Origin: an uncultured Victivallales bacterium
GTDB lineage: Bacteria; Verrucomicrobiota; Lentisphaeria; Victivallales; GWF2-38-69
Assembly (NCBI GenBank): GCA_964523175.1
Contig: CAZGAI010000001.1
Span: 13,408 to 41,955, forward strand
Length of the DNA: 28,548 nt
Direction: 5' to 3'
Program-made: the position numbers and the translations under genes
Part shown: in pieces, positions 1-7,608 of the stretch
Layout: the number at the start of each line of letters is the position of its first letter
Position numbering within the stretch: the first letter of the stretch is position 1
The notes under the pieces: model-generated
Databases searched by the model: none
Told to the model about the DNA's origin: nothing
The model's input: the letters and a program-made list of their open reading frames with translations, nothing else

Positions 1-133
1 GCTCACTCCCTCCAGGGAGGGGAACTTGCTCACTCCCTCCAGGGAGGGGAACTTGCTCACTCCCTCCAGGGAGGGGAACTTGTCTCACTCCCTCCAGGGA
101 GGGGAACTTGCTCACTCCCTCCAGGGAGGGGAA
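1..133 (+). repeat. Tandem array of a 27-bp palindrome-containing unit (GCTCACTCCCTCCAGGGAGGGGAACTT), about 5 copies, possibly continuing left of the window
   Basis: Units at 1-27, 28-54, 55-81, 82-109 (one extra T) and 110-133 (truncated). Each contains the dyad TCCCTCC-AG-GGAGGGG. There are no unique spacers. Confidence 0.97.
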
Positions 134-187
134 TCTGCCTGATTTTCGTATCTAAAACTATAGAATTTAGATTGAATGACTTCATTT

Positions 188-589
188 TTAGTTCCCCTCC
201 TTGGAGGGGTTAGGGGTGGGTGCATTTTTCTTAATCCATTCTTCTATAATACTTGCGACATAGGTTGGATCATTTTTTACACTCAAATCGTCAAAACGTA
301 AAAATCTAACACCAAAAGACTCAAGCTTTATCTGTCTTTTATCATCCTTAATTTCTGCTAATCGATTATAATGAGTTATTCCATCTATTTCAATTGCAAG
401 CATAAGCTCTTTGCAATAAAAATCAACTATATACTGGTCAATAGGTCGCTGTCGATCAAAGTCATACCCTAAAATCTGTTTCTGCTTAAGTTTCTTCCAT
501 AATAAAATTTCTGAAAGAGTCATATTTCTGCGAAGTTCTTTTGCTAAATTTTTTAGTTTCGAATTATATGGAATTATTATGTTTTTCAC
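188..589 (-). CDS. DUF559 / Vsr-like (PD-(D/E)XK-type) endonuclease domain protein, 133 aa, GTG start
   Basis: Typical DUF559 motifs: A(K)ELRRNMTLSE.LLW..L, F.RQRPI..YIVDFYC, AIEIDG..H, RQ..LE..G..FLRF. The C-terminal APTPNPSKEGN is encoded by a repeat copy. Confidence 0.9.
   Translation of the reverse strand: MKNIIIPYNSKLKNLAKELRRNMTLSEILLWKKLKQKQILGYDFDRQRPIDQYIVDFYCKELMLAIEIDGITHYNRLAEIKDDKRQIKLESFGVRFLRFDDLSVKNDPTYVASIIEEWIKKNAPTPNPSKEGN
191..228 (-). repeat. Palindromic REP-like repeat, downstream-type copy D1, overlapping the 3' end of the DUF559 gene
   Basis: GTT-CCCCTCC-TT-GGAGGGG-TTAGGGGTGGGTGCATTTT. Core at 194-209. Bases 205-228 are identical to 754-777. Confidence 0.93.
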
Positions 590-594
590 TTAAC

Positions 595-635
595 TCTTTA
601 CTCACCCCTTAATCCCCTCCCAGTAGGGGCAACTT
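595..635 (+). repeat. Palindromic REP-like repeat, upstream-type copy U1
   Basis: TCTTTACTCACCCCTTAAT-CCCCTCC-CA-GTAGGGG-CAACTT. Core at 614-629. Bases 595-621 match 2173-2199 at 26 of 27 positions. Confidence 0.93.
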
Positions 636-739
636 ATCTGCCGTTCTTTATATAAAATTTCAAAAATTAAATACTCATAATTTATAAGAAATATAGTCAA
701 TTGTTTAGTCCCAAGCTAAAATGTACTTATCAGTTTTTT

Positions 740-777
740 GTTCCCCTCCCAGTAGGGGTTAGGGGTGGGTGCATTTT
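740..777 (-). repeat. Palindromic REP-like repeat, downstream-type copy D2, supplying the hydA stop codon
   Basis: GTT-CCCCTCC-CA-GTAGGGG-TTAGGGGTGGGTGCATTTT. Core at 743-758 is identical to 614-629. Confidence 0.93.
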
Positions 778-2138
778 CTTTTAATAAAACGACCATACCC
801 TTTTTTACCGATGAATATATTATCTTTGACAATAATTTTACCTCTGGCCATTGTTAATACCGGATACCCTTGAACAATCATTCCTTCGTAGGGTGTATAA
901 TCAACATTCTGGTGAAGCATGCTGTTAGTTATTTTAACTTTTTTATTGGGATCAATTATTACAATATCAGCATCTGAACCGATAGAAATTGTCCCTTTTT
1001 TGGGATAAAGTCCCATGATTTTAGCCGGGTTTTTGCAGCATATATCCACAAACCGTTCAATACTGATTCGATTTTTCATGACCCCTTCAGAGAACATGAG
1101 CGGTATTCTTGATTCAACACCAGGAATTCCACCTGGACATTTTCTAAAATCTTTAGATGCCATTTTTTTCCTCAAGCTTGAACTAAATGGGCAATGGTCT
1201 GTTGCAAAAGTTGAAATACTGCCATCTATCAACCCCTCCCATAAAAGAGCTTGATTGGATTTATTTCGAATTGGAGGGCTGCAAATATAATTTAAACCTT
1301 CCATATCAGGTTTTTCATACATCGTATCATCTAAAAATAAATAATGAGGGCAAGTTTCAGCAATAACATTTTGTCCTTTACTTTGGGCCAATTTTATATA
1401 TTCCAACCCTAATGCATTTGATAAGTGAACTATATAAAGGGGAGCATTCTCTGCCATATCCGCTAAAAGAATTGCTCTATTAATAACATCAGCTTCGCAC
1501 TGAAAAGGTCTGCTTCTTTCGTGGTAAACCGGATCTATTTTTCCAGCTTCAAAATAATCATTTCTTAAAAAATTAACAACTGAATCATTCTCCGGATGGA
1601 CAGTAAGTAAACCGCCTTGCTTTTTAATTTCTCTCATAATCTGAAGAACTTCGCAATCCTTCATTTTAAATTCATATGTGAAATATGCTTTAAAACTTGG
1701 AATGCCTTCATCATTAATTATTGTTTTTATTTCATTAAGTATATTTTTATCAAGGTGTTGAAAGACTCCGTGAAAACCATAGTCAATAACAGCTTTATCC
1801 CGGGCATATTTATGGTAAACATCAACCTGGTGTTTAAGACCGCACCCTTTAGGGCCAAAGCCCATATGATCTACAATAGTGGTAGTTCCACCACATGCTG
1901 CAGCGACAGTTCCAGTATAAAAATCATCCTCAGCTCTAGCAATTCCTACATCTAAATTAAAATGAGTATGGACGTCTACTCCACCGGGAATAACATACTT
2001 ATCAGTTGCATCAATAATTTCTGCATTGAGAATAGTTATATTCTCAGCAATATCTACAATCTTTTCATCTTTTATGCAAATATCACTATTGAGCAGGCCT
2101 GATTCTGTAACTAATTTCCCATTTTTAATTATAATCAT
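759..2138 (-). CDS. hydA: Dihydropyrimidinase / D-hydantoinase (amidohydrolase superfamily), about 459 aa
   Basis: PGGVDVHTH (HxH metal motif), GT.AAACGGTTTIVD, SFKAYFTY (carbamylated Lys region), VHPEN, YIVHLS, ETCPHYL, SPPIR, ATDHCPF, GS.ADIVI. Start moved to the ATG at 2138 (MIIIKNG...) because the GTG at 2183 lies inside repeat U2. Confidence 0.9.
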   Translation of the reverse strand: MIIIKNGKLVTESGLLNSDICIKDEKIVDIAENITILNAEIIDATDKYVIPGGVDVHTHFNLDVGIARAEDDFYTGTVAAACGGTTTIVDHMGFGPKGCGLKHQVDVYHKYARDKAVIDYGFHGVFQHLDKNILNEIKTIINDEGIPSFKAYFTYEFKMKDCEVLQIMREIKKQGGLLTVHPENDSVVNFLRNDYFEAGKIDPVYHERSRPFQCEADVINRAILLADMAENAPLYIVHLSNALGLEYIKLAQSKGQNVIAETCPHYLFLDDTMYEKPDMEGLNYICSPPIRNKSNQALLWEGLIDGSISTFATDHCPFSSSLRKKMASKDFRKCPGGIPGVESRIPLMFSEGVMKNRISIERFVDICCKNPAKIMGLYPKKGTISIGSDADIVIIDPNKKVKITNSMLHQNVDYTPYEGMIVQGYPVLTMARGKIIVKDNIFIGKKGYGRFIKRKCTHP

Positions 2139-2172
2139 TAGGGATATACCTGTTATTTGCTTTTTATCAAGT

Positions 2173-2211
2173 TCTTTACCCACCCCTTAATCCCCTCCCT
2201 GGAGGGGAACT
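2173..2211 (+). repeat. Palindromic REP-like repeat, upstream-type copy U2
   Basis: TCTTTACCCACCCCTTAAT-CCCCTCC-CT-GGAGGGG-AACT. Core at 2192-2207. Confidence 0.93.
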
Positions 2212-2326
2212 ATCAATTCTGCGCTGGGAGAATTGATCATGTCTGTACTTCTTTCCCGAAAAGGGAAAGTTAGAATTTTTATTTGTTTCCTCATGCTCTA
2301 TGTATATTGGTGTAATGAACTTTTCA

Positions 2327-2357
2327 GTTACCCTCCCTGGAGGGGGCAGGGGTGGGT
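2327..2357 (-). repeat. Palindromic REP-like repeat, divergent downstream-type copy D3
   Basis: GTT-ACCCTCC-CT-GGAGGGG-GCAGGGGTGGGT. Core at 2330-2345; 15 nt (2331-2345) are identical to U2 2193-2207. Confidence 0.88.
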
Positions 2358-2377
2358 TTATTGTTAATAGCCCACCC
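2350..2377 (-). terminator. Stem-loop just 3' of ppk1 (possible terminator or mRNA 3'-end stabiliser)
   Basis: GGGTGGG (2350-2356) pairs with CCCACCC (2371-2377), extended by TATT/AATA. It lies 25 nt past the ppk1 stop. There is no clear U-tract on the ppk1 strand. Confidence 0.4.
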
Positions 2378-2401
2378 ATCTATAATATTTATAACTACAG
2401 A

Positions 2402-4492
2402 TTACTTCTTTTTTTCAAAAATCATTCTCACTGTTTTTTTTTGTTTCGGTCTGGATTTTTTCAAAACTTGATAAGTTTTTAGCTGGCTTCTTGTTGAAGA
2501 GTCTCTTTTTCCTTTAGGGTAGTTTCCATAAGCATTTAATTTCCTGCCTTTATATGTATCAAGTAGCTGCAGGTCTAGGGTTTGTCTAATTAAATCCTGG
2601 CTAAACTGACTTTCAACAGGAAAGAGCAGTTCAATTCTTCTATCAAGATTTCTAGGCATCCAGTCTGCACTTGATAAATAATATTCCGGGTTTCCATTAT
2701 TTGCAAAGTAAAATATTCGGCTATGCTCCAAGTAGCGGTCTACAATGCTGATAACGGTAATATTTTTTGTATTAATCCCTGGTTTTAAGCAGCAGGTGCC
2801 CCGAATAATAAGGTCAATTTTTACACCTGTATATGCTGCTTTGTATAGGTGCTCTATTATTTCTTTATCAACAAGAGAATTCATTTTAGCAATAATATGA
2901 CCAGGACTATGTTTAGTCGAATTTCTAGCTTCTCTATCAATAAGACTGATAAATTTTTCTCTAAGGTTAAATGGTGCAACGGCAACCTTGTTCCATACAG
3001 GGGGTTCAGAGTAGCCTGTCATAACATTAAATAGAGCGGCAATATCTGAGCAAAGTTCAGGGTCTGTTAAAAACATACCAACATCGGTATATATTTTTGC
3101 AGTACTGTCATTATAGTTACCCGTAGCAAGGTGTAAATATCTTCTGATGATTCCTGACTCTCTTCGGACAATCAATAAGGCTTTGCAGTGAATTTTTAAT
3201 CCACCCATACCGTAAATTACATGTGCACCTGACTGTTCAAGTCTTTTCGCCCATGCAATATTTCTGCTTTCATCAAAACGTGCTTTTAGCTCAACAATAA
3301 CAGTTACCTGTTTGCCATTTTCTGCTGCCATTTGGAGGGCATGTACAACAGGGGAGTCACCGCTGACCCTGTATAATGTATGCTTTATTGCCAGTACATT
3401 AGGGTCTACTGCTGCTTCATTTAATAGTTCGGTCACATAGTCAAAACGTTCGAATGGGTGCATGAGCGGTATTGATGACCACTGTTTGATTGATTCAAAA
3501 ATTGATTCATTTTTCTTAAATACAGGTATATCCAGCGGTATAATTTGCTTATCAACTAGTTTCGGCTTTGTTATTAAAGGCATAAGTTCAAAAAAGCGGG
3601 AAAGATTAATGGGGCCATTTATTTCATAAACAGAATCTAAAGATATCCCCAACTTGTTTATCAACCATGAAGAAAGCTTATTTTTTACACCTTTTGCTAT
3701 TTCAAGGCGAATAGCTTTTCTTTTATTCGCAGCCTTAAGTTTTGTTTCTATACAGGTTAAAAGATCAACTGTTTCTTCATCTTCTATTGCAAAGTCCATA
3801 TCTTTTGTTATCCTAAACGGAAAGGCAGATAAAACAGTGCACCCTGTAAACAGCATTTCAATATGTTCTAAAATCAAATCTTCCAGTAGAATAAAAGCTT
3901 TTTCAGAATTATAATAACTTACTTTAATAAAGCGGGGAAGGACAGAGGGAACTTCAACAAAACCATAATATCCGTTTTCCTTGTTATTCTTTTTCAAATT
4001 TACAAGGATTTCAATTCTTATGTTGTTTATAACAGGAAATGGATGAGTTGGGTCTACTCCAATTGGAGTTAAGACAGGCAGAACATCTTTCTCAAAAAAA
4101 AATTTCATCCGCTCTTTTTCTTCAAGGCTTAGGTCTTCAGGCTTTAAAAGATGAATACCGGCGGTCTTTAATTCTTTCAGAATAGTATTCTGGTAATAGT
4201 TATAGAGTCTTCTTACAAACAGGCGGGTTCTTGCATGAATCAGCTCTAATTGTTTAGCTGGAGTTAATCCTGCAGGGTCTTCGGTTGTATGTCCTGCTTC
4301 ATAGTTTTGTCTTACTCCTGCAACCCTAACCATAAAAAATTCATCAAGGTTGTTACTGAATATTGCCATAAATTTAAGGCGTTCTAATAGAGGGTTGCTG
4401 TGGTCAAATGCCTGGTCAAGAACCCTTGAATTAAAGTCCAACCAGCTCAATTCTCTATTAATAAAATGAGTTTTATCAATATTTTTTTTCAT
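2402..4492 (-). CDS. ppk1: Polyphosphate kinase 1, 696 aa
   Basis: FINRELSWLDFN.RVL, ERLKF.AIFSNNLDEFFMVRVAG, ELKARFDE..NI.WA..LE..G.HV.YG..GLKIH.K, HLATGNYN, YLEHSRIFYF, SADWMPRNLDRRIE. Confidence 0.98.
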   Translation of the reverse strand: MKKNIDKTHFINRELSWLDFNSRVLDQAFDHSNPLLERLKFMAIFSNNLDEFFMVRVAGVRQNYEAGHTTEDPAGLTPAKQLELIHARTRLFVRRLYNYYQNTILKELKTAGIHLLKPEDLSLEEKERMKFFFEKDVLPVLTPIGVDPTHPFPVINNIRIEILVNLKKNNKENGYYGFVEVPSVLPRFIKVSYYNSEKAFILLEDLILEHIEMLFTGCTVLSAFPFRITKDMDFAIEDEETVDLLTCIETKLKAANKRKAIRLEIAKGVKNKLSSWLINKLGISLDSVYEINGPINLSRFFELMPLITKPKLVDKQIIPLDIPVFKKNESIFESIKQWSSIPLMHPFERFDYVTELLNEAAVDPNVLAIKHTLYRVSGDSPVVHALQMAAENGKQVTVIVELKARFDESRNIAWAKRLEQSGAHVIYGMGGLKIHCKALLIVRRESGIIRRYLHLATGNYNDSTAKIYTDVGMFLTDPELCSDIAALFNVMTGYSEPPVWNKVAVAPFNLREKFISLIDREARNSTKHSPGHIIAKMNSLVDKEIIEHLYKAAYTGVKIDLIIRGTCCLKPGINTKNITVISIVDRYLEHSRIFYFANNGNPEYYLSSADWMPRNLDRRIELLFPVESQFSQDLIRQTLDLQLLDTYKGRKLNAYGNYPKGKRDSSTRSQLKTYQVLKKSRPKQKKTVRMIFEKKK

Positions 4493-6030
4493 TATTTACC
4501 TATTAACTGTATCTTAAATCCAAAGATTTCTTTAAATAAATCCGCTTTTTTCCTACTTGTCCAAATTTCAAGAATTAAATTAGTGGGTCCATCAAGTGTT
4601 ATTTCTAACAACTGTTTTCTATAATTTAACTTGACATCAACAATTCTTAAATTGTGAGCAAAAATCAGTGCATCTGCTATTCTTAGTATTGCTGCAAGAA
4701 AAGTAACAGTAACTCTGGCTTCTTCTGAGAGAAAAGAGTATTCTATGTGAGTATCTTTTGGAAATGCCCGCCGATGATATCTTGCTGTTGCGGCGATGAT
4801 TTCTCGTTCTTTTTCTACAACACCCGGGATTTGACTGTTCCGTATTAAATAATAGCTGTGTTTGTGATGTCGTCTTGTATTTACAAAAATTCCGATATCG
4901 TGTAGTGTTGCAGCAATTTGCAGCAGTTTTCTGCTTTTGACCTGCTGACCGTGCAGGTACTTAGTTTTATCAAAAATTGTTAGAGCTGCTTGGGTTACAG
5001 CTTCGGCATGTATACTATCGTATTTATATTTTTCCCCTAATGTTTTTACACATGATTCCAAATGGGGAGCAAAAGGGTCTTTTATATTAGAGATTTCATT
5101 AATAAAATCATTAATAATAGCATCTCGTGTACTAATCAGCGGTATAATTAGCTTATCTATCTTGGTTGCATTTAAGAAATGATATAAAATTCCGCAGCTT
5201 GGTTCCATGCTTTGAGCTAATGTTTCCGAAATGTCATATTTTTCTGCAATTTCTGTCGGCGAGAGTTCTGATATTTTAGAGTAAATTTCTTCAAATTTAT
5301 TTTTTGTGAGAGATAATACCTGCGTCTTAGGTTGATTTAGGCCGAAATCGAGTTTCAGGAATGCTCTGACAGATGATCCCATACCTATCATTAATCCATT
5401 TTTCAAACTTAATGAAGATTGAGTCAGTACTCCAACAGCCTCTGTTTTAACAAAAGGCTTTATTGCTTGTTTAAGCTGTCTGGCATTCATTGGTCTTTCG
5501 AGTTCTTCCACAAGTCTCAGCGAGCCTATCCTGATTGCCTCTGAACTTTTTAAAATACCTTTTTCTATGAAAGATATTTGAGAAGTACCCGTTCCGATAG
5601 CACAGGCGATTGCATTTTTTTTATTAAAGGCAAACTGTTCGCCGATTACTTTTTTCAAGGCAAGGAACATTATTCTGGCTTCTTCGGGAGACTCAAGGGT
5701 TTTAAGTTTGATACCACTGATTCGGCTTACCCTGTCAATAAATAATACACTGTTTGTAGCTTCACGTACTGCAGAGGTTGCGACAGCCCTAATATGATCC
5801 ACTTTATATTCCTTAATTACTGTAGAAAAATCCTTCAATATTTTTCCAACCAGAATCATGTTGGCAGTGCTGATTTTGCCTTTTGTAAAAACATCTAAAC
5901 CTAAAGGAGCTATTTGTGTCAATCGTTCTAAAGTCTCATACTTTCTTCCATCACTCATGATTTGGACTATTTCCAGTCTGGCAAAATGAGCTCCAACATC
6001 AATAACAGCAATTGGTCCTTTAGGTTTCAT
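4492..6030 (-). CDS. ppx: Ppx/GppA exopolyphosphatase with C-terminal HD domain, 512 aa
   Basis: IAVIDVGA, ATSAVREATN, EEAR, IGTGTSQIS (ASKHA fold); LHDIG, HHKHSYYLI.NS, RYHR, AAILRIADAL (HD domain). Its stop overlaps the ppk1 ATG (TAATG), indicating translational coupling. Confidence 0.93.
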   Translation of the reverse strand: MKPKGPIAVIDVGAHFARLEIVQIMSDGRKYETLERLTQIAPLGLDVFTKGKISTANMILVGKILKDFSTVIKEYKVDHIRAVATSAVREATNSVLFIDRVSRISGIKLKTLESPEEARIMFLALKKVIGEQFAFNKKNAIACAIGTGTSQISFIEKGILKSSEAIRIGSLRLVEELERPMNARQLKQAIKPFVKTEAVGVLTQSSLSLKNGLMIGMGSSVRAFLKLDFGLNQPKTQVLSLTKNKFEEIYSKISELSPTEIAEKYDISETLAQSMEPSCGILYHFLNATKIDKLIIPLISTRDAIINDFINEISNIKDPFAPHLESCVKTLGEKYKYDSIHAEAVTQAALTIFDKTKYLHGQQVKSRKLLQIAATLHDIGIFVNTRRHHKHSYYLIRNSQIPGVVEKEREIIAATARYHRRAFPKDTHIEYSFLSEEARVTVTFLAAILRIADALIFAHNLRIVDVKLNYRKQLLEITLDGPTNLILEIWTSRKKADLFKEIFGFKIQLIGK

Positions 6031-6320
6031 GAACTATTCCAGGTTTTGAAGATAAAATTATATTTTTATTCAAAATATTTTAATACAAACTTAACATTAA
6101 TAAAGATATATAAAAATAGCAGTTAATTCAATAGGCAAGAAATAAGATACAGTTATAATAATCGATTTTTTAATATTTTTATATTTAAATAATGTATTTT
6201 CTGTCAGAGAATATAGTATATTGTATAAACAACAGGCAACCTAAACTTGTATTGTTCACGATCTAAATTTATTTATTGGAATCTAATACTTCGATCCTAA
6301 ATAAGGAGATTATAGTTTTT

Positions 6321-6572
6321 ATGGTTAATTACAGCAAGAATAATTTGCCCAGAGCTAAATTATTAGGCTTGGGGTCTGATAATCAAAATGAAGAGACAAG
6401 GGTAACCAAAGGAGACAATTTTTATCTTTACGGGGGCTCTGAAGAAACTCATGAACGAATGGTGGAAGCCACGATAAAGTTTAATGAAAAAATGGATTCT
6501 AAAGGGAAACAGTTAGAAGACCTTTCTCAAAATGAGTTCCGAGACATGATGTCGGAGTCCTCTCAAATTTAA
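6321..6572 (+). CDS. Conserved hypothetical small protein, 83 aa
   Basis: AAGGAG at 6303-6308 precedes the ATG at 6321. LLGLGSDN..R.T.GDNF.L.GGSEETHERM.E..IKFNEK resembles, from memory, an uncharacterised family seen in PVC bacteria. The stop is 29 nt before prmC. Confidence 0.75.
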   Translation: MVNYSKNNLPRAKLLGLGSDNQNEETRVTKGDNFYLYGGSEETHERMVEATIKFNEKMDSKGKQLEDLSQNEFRDMMSESSQI

Positions 6573-6601
6573 AAGAAAAATTAAAACAATTTTGAATTGA
6601 T

Positions 6602-7489
6602 ATGCCTGAACAAAATTACTCTGAATATCTTCGCAAATTAATTAATGAAGCTGAAAAATCGTTTCCTCCTGAAAACGTGTCAATCAGGCGATATGAAGCT
6701 GAATTGATAATTTCACATCTATTGAAAATTCCTCGAATAGATATATATACATGTAAGAATATTGAAATTTCTGAATCTCAAAAAAGAGCCCTCTACTCTT
6801 CTTTCGCCAGAAGAAAGGATATGGAGCCGCTACAGTATATCTTAGGTGAAGAAAGTTTTCGCAAATTGACATTGTCTGTCGGCCCTGGCGTCTTAATACC
6901 CCGTCCAGAGACAGAGCAACTTGTAGAAGTAGTGCTTAAGCTACTACCTTCGCGGGATGCTGCAATCCTGGATGTTGGTGTGGGCAGCGGTGCTATTGCG
7001 TTATCAGTTGCACATGAAGTTCCGGAGTCTTTTGTAACAGGTGTGGATATCAGCGAAGAAGCCTTAAGATTTGCCCGGGATAATATCCGTACAAACAATA
7101 TAACCAATGTCAGGTTGATGAAGGGCTGTTTATGTGAAGGCTTCCTAGCATGTTCCTTTGATATAATTACAGCCAATCTACCGTATGTTACAGAAAATGA
7201 ATTTACAGAACTTGACTTAGAAGTTAGAAATTTCGAGCCTAAAAAAGCATTAACTGGAGGTTTAGACGGACTGGATTTAATTCGTAAATTAATACCTCAG
7301 GCATTTAAAGTTTTAAAGCCATCAGGATGGCTTTTACTGGAAATAGGATGTTCCCAGGGCATAGAAACAGTAGGATTACTGAAAAAAAGCAATTATGTTA
7401 ATGTAGAAATAATTAAGGATTTCAACAATAAGGACAGGATTGTAGTTGGGCAAAAGGATTATGAAGAATTTGAGGTTGCTGATTTATGA
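6602..7489 (+). CDS. prmC: Peptide chain release factor N5-glutamine methyltransferase
   Basis: EPLQYILG, GVLIPRPETEQLV, ILDVGVGSGAIALS (SAM-binding), ANLPYV, FEP..AL.GG.DGLD, LEIG..Q. Confidence 0.95.
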   Translation: MPEQNYSEYLRKLINEAEKSFPPENVSIRRYEAELIISHLLKIPRIDIYTCKNIEISESQKRALYSSFARRKDMEPLQYILGEESFRKLTLSVGPGVLIPRPETEQLVEVVLKLLPSRDAAILDVGVGSGAIALSVAHEVPESFVTGVDISEEALRFARDNIRTNNITNVRLMKGCLCEGFLACSFDIITANLPYVTENEFTELDLEVRNFEPKKALTGGLDGLDLIRKLIPQAFKVLKPSGWLLLEIGCSQGIETVGLLKKSNYVNVEIIKDFNNKDRIVVGQKDYEEFEVADL

Positions 7490-7608
7490 TTTAGTAAAGG
7501 AATATATTCTTAATTTGCAGAAAAAGATGAAGTGATCTATAAAATTATTATTCAGCAATTATATTAAGATGATTTCTAATACTAAGAAAGAAGCTTAATT
7601 AAGGATAT

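Noticed and set aside
1-133. CRISPR array
   Set aside because: The units are contiguous with no unique spacers, and there are no cas genes in the window.
595-777. Integron attC sites (doublets have AAC...GTT inner triplets and gene-cassette-like spacing)
   Set aside because: The flanks read GGGGAAC / GTTCCCC rather than RYYYAAC / GTTRRRY, the spacers are not self-complementary as in attC, and there is no intI in the window.
2139-2183. N-terminal extension of hydA from the GTG at 2183
   Set aside because: That codon lies inside repeat U2. Family-like sequence begins at MIIIKNG (2138).
2176-2482. ORFs 2176-2379 (-) and 2300-2482 (+)
   Set aside because: The Pro/Gly-rich peptides are just translations of the repeats, the second ORF overlaps ppk1 antisense, and neither has a recognisable RBS or family.
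7174-7185. PrmC NLPY instead of NPPY as a sign of inactivation
   Set aside because: All other motifs are intact, and I recall this variant in other PrmC proteins.
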